DNA of 61,941 bases, the filler included, from Nemertoderma westbladi (lineage: Eukaryota > Animalia > Xenacoelomorpha): the NCBI GenBank assembly GCA_032718475.1. It is 3 parts of 3 records of this genome, joined end to end, with 100 filler letters (N's around TTAATTAATTAA, not from the genome) between each part and the next. Parts side by side here need not be neighbours in the genome. Positions count along the whole stretch, not along the records: positions 24,893 to 53,498 come from JAUCBJ010008103.1; positions 53,599 to 61,941 come from JAUCBJ010000259.1; 1 more part is not named here. The stretch is one strand, 5' to 3'. Under the pieces are notes generated by a model. It saw nothing but the letters and a program-made list of their open reading frames with translations. It had not been told where the DNA came from and did no database searches. Shown here in pieces: positions 51,614 to 61,941 of the stretch (the stretch's first letter is position 1; every line of letters starts with the position of its first letter). The translations under genes were made by a program, and so were the position numbers.

Positions 51614-53498
51614 TGTTCGCGCTTTCAGACCTTTGGCAGTTTAACCCGCCAAATTAAGATGTCTTCTAGATATTAAATCGCCTTTTAGCCTATGACAAGT
51701 ATTTGATTCACTACACTAGTCGAAACCAATCTGTGCGCGATCATTCACCCGCTGGATATTCCCGGGAGATTGGGTTCGACGGTTTAATTTTATTGCTATG
51801 TAAGCCTAATGTATTATTCGACTGACAGTATTATATAATCTCTGACAATATTATTCACCTTCGGGAATATTAACAGTTCCTTTAGGACGTGGCGCTTTAT
51901 CTATATAAACAGAGTTATGACTTAAACTACTCACAACGATATGGCTTAATTATAATTCACATATATGGCGCATTCTTTAGGAATTGCTTCTTTAACAGAC
52001 TCACTCATACACAATGCTGCACAATACTGCACACTAATCTGCCAATCTTCACTGATTTTAGTCACATATAAAAGGAACACAGACTGACTCATGTAGGGTC
52101 TATCAAATAACATTAGATTCACTTCAAACCACTTTAACATAAGTCACAATCGTTATAGGTAACCTTTCTCTCTTACCTTCGGTATATCAAGAATATTGGG
52201 TTTTCGGGGTTATTTCTCGTTATTCCAATATAATAATTCATCAACAAATATAATGAATAACCGACAACAAATAGCAGTATACAGTATTGATTGAGCAGGT
52301 AATTTTTAGCAGAGTTCGTCAGATAGTTAAAGGATATATGTCCTTATAATTAAACCTACTAGTGATGGGCTAAAAGCAGAAAAGCACAAAACACTACAAA
52401 GCCGTTCTTTCGTGGCTTTGAAAAACTCGTGACTACTACTCTATACGAGGATACCAACTACCCTTATTCCACGAAGCTCCCGTTCAACACAGAGAAAGAG
52501 CAGTGAGATAGGAAAATTTCAGTTCAGTAGCTCTGTGATAGGACAAAATCAAGGCTAACTCAAATTCTATTGGGAGATACAAAAAACAAGGCTATGACGC
52601 AACCTTCCTAGGCTGGTTGGCCGATTAAACAGAGCCCAGATACCTGCGTACAGCAAATCAGCCAATAAGCTGGTAGCTTGCACTATTTTAGCTATAGATC
52701 CCCTTTAGAGTATTCTAGCGACCGGGGGGGAACTGGCCAGCAAAGCAAACGAACCAGTTATACCACAAAAGCTTTTACACCGCTCCCAGAAAATGGGATT
52801 TAAGTCTATAAAATATACAAAATCACAGTTTCTAAAATATAAAAATACTCTAAACAGTTAGTCTTTCTTGCGCGGACGGCGTTTACGCAGTTTTTTAAAG
52901 CTAGCAAGAGTCATTTTCTCTTTGGGGCGAGCCACTTTACGAGGAGGGCTGTAGCTCCTAGGCGAAGGGTGCAATATAATTGCATCAGAAGGTGCAGGGT
53001 TACGATCGGTATACCCGCCGGTCGAAGTACCTGGTTGATTAATATCAACCTCAGTGGAGCGAGATCTAACGGCCTTTAGAGCGCGTCTCAGTACAGCAGC
53101 TCCTACGGGTCCTTGACGGGTCGTCTGGACACTAGCGGTGGGTGGACCGTGAGTGGTGAGGAACTTTCTCGGTTTAATGGTTCTCTCCAGCTCGCGTTCT
53201 CGGGTTCGATATTCATATGGGCGCCGAGATACTTCCTGGAGTTCAGGATGCGAGTTCACGAAAATGTCGCCATACTCAGGGTCCTGACGGATAAAATTGA
53301 TGAGGTGATATGTGGTTATATCATTAGGGTTGTCATTTCTAAGGTATTTTCTGACAAACTTGGTGGAAATACACTCACCAACACGCTTTATTAACTCGTA
53401 ACTTGGTACGCGTGTTTTCTGTTCAATCGACGCGAATAGGTAAGGATGGAACGCGTAAACTCCCTCGTAAGCTCGTCCAGGGTAATAGCGATGTCTGG
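51614..53498 (-). mobile_element. BEL/Pao copy C, 3' part (accessory ORF C-terminal portion, PPT, LTR 51614-52779), nested in gag of copy B
   Basis: Near-identical to the reverse complement of copy A 2658-4596. The LTR end abuts gag coding sequence (EVKRQAAAAAVE…) and the copy is truncated by the contig gap. Confidence 0.9.
52858..53498 (-). CDS. Accessory ORF of copy C, partial (5' end in gap)
   Basis: Open in-frame match to the C-terminal third of ORF 1442-3298. Confidence 0.75.
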
Positions 53499-53598
53499 NN
53501 NNNNNNNNNNNNNNNNNNNNNNNNNNNNNNNNNNNNNNNNNNTTAATTAATTAANNNNNNNNNNNNNNNNNNNNNNNNNNNNNNNNNNNNNNNNNNNN
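53499..53598. other. Artificial contig linker (N-TTAATTAATTAA-N)
   Basis: Same 100-bp spacer as at 24793. Confidence 0.95.
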
Positions 53599-53791
53599 GA
53601 GGGCGATATGTATGCTAGTGATAACCCTCCCAATATCCTTGGATATCTCGAAATATATGGGTGAAAAGGAGAGTTCCAGTCAAGGAGATCTATAAACGAT
53701 GGAGATATAGGCGATCTAATGAGGGAGATCTAGTTTCAGTTTAAACGAATTAAAATCACGGAAACGGGAGCAGGTTTTCACTTTCAGAATT

Positions 53792-54074
53792 TCGCCATCT
53801 AGCGGCACACTGGAGAACTGCAGATCAATCAGCTTCCTAAAAAAGAAGTAACATGTGGACTGCTACATATATTCCAAGATTCAGCTTAAACAGATTAAGA
53901 TCAAGGAAATGGGGATGGGGAAGGTTATCACTTTGATACTTTCGCCCCCTGGTGGCAGACCAGAGAACTACAGATGTAATAAGTTTTTAGCTTGAATGAA
54001 TCATAGATAACGGAATGTATAAGGATTTCACTTGAAACATTTCGCCCTCTAGATGCAGACTATAGAACTACAGA
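53792..54074 (-). promoter_or_regulatory. Three same-orientation extended CTCF-like motifs
   Basis: Minus-strand CTGCAGTTCTCCAGTGTGCCGCTAGATGGCG, CTGTAGTTCTCTGGTCTGCCACCAGGGGGCG and CTGTAGTTCTATAGTCTGCATCTAGAGGGCG resemble the CTCF core plus upstream TGCAG module. Confidence 0.55.
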
Positions 54075-54435
54075 TGGATTTGCCTCCTTTGAAAGACACA
54101 GAATCGTCTAAAATAAATCTTCTATCTATCTATTAATGTTTAGACATGTATGTAGCACTTTAGCAGGAGACTGTTGAACTGATGGTATCTGAAAGTCTCT
54201 AAAATTACTCACCTTTTCGCTTTAATGATGCCTACGACAACTTTAAATCCGACAAAGTTTAAATCAAAGCCAATTTGAGACCTTCGGGCTCAAAATGGCA
54301 TAAATGTTCTAGGTAGGCTTGGGGTTTAAGACACTTTTTGTCTAGGGTTGGGTTTCGACAGGGCGACCCTAATCTCTTGAATAAAAAGTGAGAGTACAAG
54401 CAAAAAAAAGAGAGCCACATAGAGTTGTGGCTGTA

Positions 54436-55357
54436 GCAGGGTAAAACGATCTTAGATCGTGCAAGGCCTGACTTTGATGAACTTAGATCTTTACGAACTT
54501 AGTCCTATATATGCGAGCATAGATCCTATCTGGGTGAACTTAGATCATAACGAGGTGAACTTATAGATCCTAACTAGGTGAACTTAGATCCTAACTAGGT
54601 GAACTTATATCCTAACAAGGTTAACTTAGATCCCAATTTATGCGACAGTATATTAAAAGCCTTTGGTACAGTAATCTAATCATCATGCTAGTCGCGAAGC
54701 GAACTTAGATCCCATGTTGAAAGCAAAGCGAATTTAGATCCCAATTCATACAAATTATTTAGCACACGCTAGAGGAGAAGCGAACTTATATGTATGTACA
54801 TGTTCCACGTACACTGTGTGCATTGGTCGGCAGCGTTCTATCGATATTATACAGTTATTGTACTGTGTTACTAAGCATATTAAAGTAGGCCTACTTATTA
54901 TGATCGAATGCAAATAAGTCATACACTCAAAATCTTTTTGGATTAGTGACTCACCAAAAAACTATAATTTGCCAATTATAATAGCTAATTCATTGCAATG
55001 TATTGGTGGTAGGATTTAAACAAAACAAACTATTCTCAACAAACTATAATTTGCCAATTATAATAGCTAATTCATTGCAGTGTATTGGTGGTAGGATCTA
55101 AGTTCGCCCTTCAAACGCGTGATAGCTCTGCCTGTCTGCTACTGCTGGCATATGGGAATGACATTTCACATTAACACAGTGATAAGGTACAGCAATATAT
55201 GCAAGGTGAGATCTAAGTTCGTATGGAAAATATCTATGTTCACCCAAGATCTAAGTTCGTTCAGGATCTAAATCCGGTGTCACAGGCAACAGGCGAAAAG
55301 ATTTACCCTTCGTTCCAGGATATAAGGTGCTCTAGGATCTAAAGCCGGGGAACCCTG
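54436..55357. mobile_element. Foldback/MULE-like element with inverted GAACTTAGATC subrepeat arrays
   Basis: GAACTTAGATCC copies at 54450-54790 and GATCTAAGTTC copies at 55095-55345, plus an internal ~58-bp duplication. Confidence 0.6.
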
Positions 55358-56183
55358 TGGCAGATCTGTTAGGCTGTCTCTAATAATGTTTTGTCACACC
55401 AGCATTGCGTCAGTCAGTCACTGGCAGCCTGTATGGAATCCATCCAAAAAGTGATGCATACCGGTAGGCCTACTCCATCTGTCCATATCCATATGCCCCT
55501 AAAATGTGGGGCGAAAAGGTCGAGGGGCGAATCGACCTGTACCCACATTACTGCATTATTTCTTCATGGGACGGGCTGACGGGTTTTGTATGCTCTGATG
55601 CTAGCTGGAGTGCTGAAATGTGCGGCATTGACAGATTGACGAAAGGATTTGCGCTGTTATTCAGTTATTTGTCTGTTGGAGTGTGCTGGTGTGCGCATTT
55701 GAAAGCACTGCGCGCTCGTTTTGCAGTTTTGCGCGCTTTGATGCCTTTTCCACCCTGGCACGTGGTGCCGATACACAATACAGCTTGGCCTGACAGCTGC
55801 AGCAGAATTGCTGGAGGACCCTGAAACCGCATTGCAGCATTAATTGTACCATGTTGCCATGATTGTTTCATATTCAGATATTGGCAGATTTGTAGCGGTA
55901 GAGTGCTGGAGTCGGAGTGTGCTAAATATGCCGGTCCCCTGCCTTCTCCCTCCTCATTTTATATTTCAGCATTTACCTGTTTACCTACCGGCAGACTGGT
56001 ACCGATCACTGCATTATCCGATAAAACAATCAGAATTTTCCAACATTCTATGCCTGTATGCGTGTAGGCCGTAGACCTAGTTTAGCTGTTCAGTAGTTAA
56101 TTTGTTTATTACACCCCCAGTTTCATGTTTTCCTGTTTCACGTTTTATCCGGTAAACTAAAGTACTAGTACTAAAATACAAAA

Positions 56184-56294
56184 ATGGATATTGAGGCTCA
56201 AATGGCTCTGAAGAAGAGGAGGACCTTCCGTAAATATACATACCGCGGAGTGGACTTAGATCAGCTGTTAGATATGAACAATGACCAGTTAATG
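56184..56294 (+). CDS. RPS15: 40S ribosomal protein S15 (uS19), exon 1
   Basis: [22 protein letters not shown]; donor GTTAGT at 56295. Confidence 0.93.
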
Positions 56295-56637
56295 GTTAGT
56301 TATCCTTCTGACCTTTTAGGCTTTTACTTCCTATGGGTTGCATGCAGTGTTTCAAATAAAAACAAACTGACAACTAGGCCTATATAACTTTATTTAACTT
56401 TTTTTCATGGTTGCGGAATATTCTGATATTTGTCTAATAAAATCCTCATGGTTTGCTTAGGCCTGTTAGTCCAAGATCTTAGGTCTTATGTGGTTTTTGC
56501 AAAGAGTACAGAGTACGAACTAAAACTACTGGCAAAAAATACTTATTTCTTTAATCGTCTAAAATATACTGTTAAGTTAACACACAGCTACAGCCGCAGG
56601 TTTTTATCAACCAGACGAGATATCAGACACCCAGTAC

Positions 56638-56766
56638 CAGGGACTGGGATCGAATCGAACGAATTTCACTGGGTCGAAATCGAATCGAAAGCTTTTTTCC
56701 AGAAATCGAATCGAAAATGACGAAATCGAATCGAAAATCGAAAGAAAATACCTATTCGATTCGACT
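56638..56766. mobile_element. hAT-like MITE end with TCGAA subrepeats in RPS15 intron 1
   Basis: CAGGGACTGGG followed by repeated ATCGAATCGAA. Confidence 0.4.
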
Positions 56767-58067
56767 TTTTAAATTAAACAAAATCACCTAGATTGATTGA
56801 ATAAATTATGTGCTTTAATAGAAATAGTGTGATTTAAAATACTGGGGTCAGCACCGCCCATTTGGACATTTTTCATTACTAAATTCCATGCTACTTTAAT
56901 TATTTTTCACTCAATATTCAATCAATATTTCAATATAGCAATGCCCAATATTTCAAACATATACCAAAACGTTCAACATCTGCAGCTTAGTGTTTAAATT
57001 TCAGAGTAGGAGTTTTTTTTATATATAAAAAAAATAATAGATTTGGGTTAATGGTCACCTTAAATCTCAAGGCGGAGCACGGAGCAACTTTTGTTTCTGC
57101 AACTTGTTTCTGAAACAAAAGTTGCAATAAGTTGTTGGAATGTTGGATACACTCAGAAACAGTGCGGAACAAAAGTTTGTGTGTGTGAGGATACCAGCAA
57201 GGAATTGCTGCAACATTTTAATAAAATTATATTCCCCTGCAACTTCTTTAAAAACTTTTATTACATCACATTTCAATGAATGGACATGTTTAATGTTTCA
57301 ATTCAATGAATGGACATGTTACCTATTTATTTTGAATAATTAATATATTCTTGAGCAAAACGTTTACCGGGTGTGAGGAGTCCAGCATCAAGCTTCAGAA
57401 ACAATTTTCTACGTGTAAGGACTTGTAAATATACCACAGATTGCTGAATATAAATCCAATGTGACTTCCGATGTAAGTCTATAATACAGTAGCTGTGGTC
57501 TGCTAAAATCTAAGTCGGGTACCCCCAGTTTCACAACGGAATAATGTACATAAAAATTATTTTATTACGTAACTAGAGATCCGCTTAACTACATAAACCA
57601 ATATTTAGGTCACTATTTAAGTATAGTCGTACCGTTGACGCTGATATTATTTTTGTAGCTAATAGGGTTAATACTTTTGTAGCGATCTGTAGGCCTGGAG
57701 TTGCTGCAGGTTCGCTATTTTGGGGGGATCTCGAAGTCCGGAAAATATGTTTACTCTCAGTCTGTATAAATTTTTGTACATCCTCATTATTCCTCAACTA
57801 TACGGGACCGTTGAGATGTATTACTTTCGGTGTAAAATTTATTGAATACCGGTATTCTTTCGGTATAAAATTTATTGAATTTGTATTCTACTTAAACTAG
57901 GCCTACATTATTTTTGTGTTATGTTCTTAGTTTATCTTATATATTGCTAGTTTATGTGTATATGTATATGTATACATATGCATATGTACACATGTATATT
58001 ATGTGTATATAAACTACTAGTTTACTTACTAAAAACAACCTCAAACCGATTTTCCTTCTGTTTTTAG

Positions 58068-58277
58068 GAACTCTTTCCAGCGCGAATTCGCAGGCGTTTC
58101 TCTCGCGGGGTGAAGCGTAAACCGATGGCGTTGATAAAGAAACTCCGTAAGAAGAAAAAGGAAGCGCCTCCGATGGAGAAACCCGAGTGCGTAAAGACTC
58201 ATCTACGTAATATGGTTATAGTACCGGAGATGGTTGGGTCTGTAGTCGGGGTTTATAACGGGAAAACATTTAATCAG
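58068..58277 (+). CDS. RPS15: 40S ribosomal protein S15, exon 2
   Basis: Acceptor TTTTTAG; [14 protein letters not shown]…[29 protein letters not shown]; donor GTTAGT. Confidence 0.95.
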
Positions 58278-58526
58278 GTTAGTTTATAGTAAATGCATAC
58301 ATGTACTCATTCCGCGACGATAGTTGAGATATTTATTAATATTTTAAAACTTATAATTTAAATATTTATATTTAAATAGCCCTGAAAACGAACCTGAGCT
58401 CTCCTACTCATTTACATTTCATGTCCCAAATTTTTAACATTTCCTAGGATTTTTCCTAGGATTGCCGCTTTTTTAATCTCCTCTATCAGTTCCGCACTTC
58501 TATTAAACCGCCTCCTCGTCCTCTAA

Positions 58527-58709
<183 letters not shown>

Positions 58710-58728
58710 ACAGCGTTTATACGGAGAG

Positions 58729-59250
58729 TGTCTGGTCGTACTGCGGGTACCGGTAGGACCGTCTGGTCGTACTGCGGGTACCGGGATAACCGTCTGGTCG
58801 TACTGCGGGTACCGGGAGTACCGTTTGGTCGTACTGCGGGTACCGGAAGTACCGCCTGGTCGTACTGCGGGTACCGGGAGAACCGTCTGGTCGTACTGCG
58901 GGTACCGGGAGTACCGTCTGGTCGTACTGCGGGTACCGGTAGTACTGTCTGGTCGTACTGCGGGTACCGGTAGGACCGTCTGGTCGTACTGCGGGTACCG
59001 GTAGGACCGTCTGGTCGTACTGCGGGTACCGGTAGGACCGTCTGGTCGTACTGCGGGTACCGGTAGGACCGTCTGGTCGTACTGCGGGTACCGGTAGGAC
59101 CGTCTGGTCGTACTGCGGGTACCGGTAGTACTGTCTGGTCGTACTGCGGGTACCGGTAGGACCGTCTGGTCGTACTGCGGGTACCGGTAGTACTGTCTGG
59201 TCGTACTGCGGGTACCGGTAGGACCGTCTGGTCGTACTGCGCGTACCGGT
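58729..59250. repeat. 31-bp GC-rich minisatellite (GTCTGGTCGTACTGCGGGTACCGGTAGGACC)n, ~17 units
   Basis: Directly visible, starting 20 bp after the RPS15 stop. Confidence 0.95.
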
Positions 59251-60065
59251 ATATGTGGGACCGAACTGAATCTATATTTGCAATGTAGGCAGTTTACCAG
59301 GCCTGTATCTATAATGTTGTGTTTATAATTAATCCACTTATTGATTATAAATATTACTTCATCTTTATATATTTAAAGAATTCGGCGATCCCTGTCTGGT
59401 AAGCTCACTGTGTTGGTATGGATAGGGGGGGGGGGGGGGGGGGGGGTTGGTTCTGAAGCTCCGCACCAAAAAATATTTTATTATTATTATTCTGTTTATT
59501 GTTAACAACATAGTTGAAGTGTGAAGAATGGCCACGATGCGGATGGCGCGATTTCGCAAGACACTTTTTTAAAACTAAACAATTTACAGTCAAATTACGG
59601 CTCCATAACAATATAAAAAATTTTAAGGCAGCTTGTAATTACAGAGTAATAAAAATATTATTTTTTTACCTCTTTATTTGCCTAACAAATTAAATCCACA
59701 AGCGAAATTAAATACATCTAAAATTACTTCGTTTCTTTACTAGAATGTTTAAATAGTTTTTCATGACGATTTTTAAAATAAATTACGCTAAATTATCAAT
59801 GATGTCTGTCAGCTGGTTTATTGCAGACAAGCATTACACTAAAATCACACAAACTATGTTTATTGCTTAAAGTTTTTACTAAACACTTAAATATTACAGT
59901 AGTATAATTTTATCATTAATTAATACCGGTACTGATTACAGTAGTATAATTTTATCATTAATTAATACCGGTACTGAAGACTCAATTATTCTATCTAATT
60001 TATCAAACATAGTCATAATTTGCAAATAATTAACAACAACGACATGACATTCCACACCACCTCAC

Positions 60066-60419
60066 CGGGTGAGTATAAAACAAAGACCAAAGACCCAATT
60101 ATAAAGACCTGCATAATCTTGTAATATGTGTTAACTTTCGTTTATTGTTTTGGTTCCCTCAACACGCCTCTGTAACCTGATCCTTTACTAATTTGCTCCT
60201 TTAATGGGCATTGCAGCAATGGGACCTAACTCTTTTTGCGACCTAACACTCTTTGGGACCTAACACTCTTTGGGACCTAACACTCTTTGGGGGGCCTAAC
60301 ACTCTTTGGGATCTCACACTCTTTGGGACCTTACGCCTACGCGACTTTACCTCTTTGTTCTTTGTTTTGTACAGTACGGGGAGTAAAGTCTTTGGTCTTT
60401 GTTTTGTACTCACTCACCC
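60066..60419. mobile_element. MULE-like non-autonomous element with TIRs and internal ~18-bp repeats
   Basis: GAGTATAAAACAAAGACCAAAGAC / GTCTTTGGTCTTTGTTTTGTACTC inverted ends, (GGGACCTAACACTCTTT)n, and the shared core motif. Confidence 0.65.
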
Positions 60420-60771
60420 CAACCTCACCCGGCAATAAATAACCACAATAGCTACAGGTATTCGAAATGATGGCCGAACTCAACTCCAATGTACGTACTG
60501 ATAGATACCGGTAAGCGGTAACGGTAGGTTTAATACACCACTAAAGCCCGCAGTACCGCATAGAGAATGCACAATATTTGTATGTCGGTACCACATTTCG
60601 TATGCCGTTTGAAGCTGGTACATAAGGTAGTAAGGTATTACACCGAAAGACAAAGTTCACTGGTATCGCTTCACTCGCATTGATTCAGGAACAAACATCT
60701 CCTCCGACTGACTATCGACCACGTCTCTGTAGTCTGCCAATCTGCTCACTGGTGGCGCTGACTGGTGGGAC

Positions 60772-61032
60772 TTACGTGCTCGACTTCTCATTATCCCAAC
60801 GTATCTGGGTTTCTCCATCATTCGGGGGGTCGTTCAGGGATATATACTTAGAAGAGAGAACTTCGCTTTGGAACGTTTGAGACGCAGTGGATTCAACAAA
60901 TTCGATGTTGTATAATAAACTCTGCAATGAAGAAGCCCCAACCAAACTGCCGAGTTCTACATCCTCTTTGCGTTTAATTCCGCGCTGACGTTGGAAATCG
61001 GCTTTCAGTTTATTGCCAACAGTAATATCCAT
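60772..61032 (-). other. Possible exon or ORF of unknown function
   Basis: Higher-GC 86-codon ORF with a GTAAGT donor-like end. No recognisable family. Confidence 0.25.
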
Positions 61033-61941
61033 GCTCCGGCTCCCTACGAATTGTAATTCCGAAATGTAGGCCTATGGCCTACGTGCAGTACCTTACATCA
61101 GTAAATACAAATACCTTGTATGAAGGATACGCCCACTTTCTTTATTCATATAATTACAGGTACTTTTCTTAACAGATTTCTACTTTACAGAATAAAGTAA
61201 AATAGATACAGAATTGTCTTGAACGCTGTGTTAGCTGAGGCTATTACAGTATTATAGCAGTATAGAGTACTGGTGGGATTATACTGGTACGGCAGTTCTT
61301 ATTAGTCTTAAGTCTACTAGTCTCTAACACGTTCGCGGGGCCTTCGCGAGGCACCAGGTTCAGTTATCAGAAACATCGGTATTTGAGAAATTTAAATAAA
61401 TAAATAAGAAATAACCGCCAATACCGCCAATAAGAATAAATCAAAGAAGGGAAAGTTCGCCCCTCGCTTCAACCGCCCTCTTAATCTGCACCACCCCAAT
61501 CCAAAGGAGCACAGCAGATTAATGAAAGGCAGAGGTATTAACAGGGGGGATACTGCAAACTATTCTATTGACTGATTGAGTTTTGTTTATTGTTTTTGTG
61601 GCGAGCGTCACGATCGTAACAACAATCAAGTGGGCATGTGAGGTGTTTAGACTTGAGCGAAGGGGATGCAGTTGTAGCGCAGAGAATGGGGCGATGGTTC
61701 AGTGGTATTTAAAATAGAGTTTTGAAGCAGCAATTATATTTTATTTACAAACAATAGAGCAAAACAACAGCTAAATAAAAACGGATATATAACTAACTGC
61801 GCACAATATTTACAGATTAAAGTACCTAAGTAAATTAGGCAACGAAGCAACTGAACTACTGAATAAAATACCAATATGCGGTCATATTTATAGGCGGCAA
61901 TGGCAATACGGAATACCTAATATGTTACAATCAAACAGATT

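Overview
AT-rich, repeat-dense eukaryotic (invertebrate-like) genomic DNA. It is made of three contigs (1-24792, 24893-53498, 53599-61941) joined by artificial N-TTAATTAATTAA-N linkers. Host genes are an intronless SF3B1 (minus), a 3CxxC zinc-finger RTP-like gene (plus), a two-exon TMEM272-like gene (minus) and a three-exon RPS15 (plus). The dominant feature is one BEL/Pao LTR-retrotransposon family present as three partial copies plus a solo LTR. Between pol and the 3' LTR it carries a ~1.7 kb conserved non-coding spacer and an extra non-env ORF (618 aa intact in one copy) with tandem CCHC knuckles and a basic tail. Between copies, the ORF ends are conserved while its central module and the LTR U3 region are replaced. 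The window also holds a degenerate hAT-like transposase, Gypsy, RTE and CRE fragments, many MITEs, several minisatellites and a triplet of extended CTCF-like motifs. Identities are judged by eye; no searches were run.
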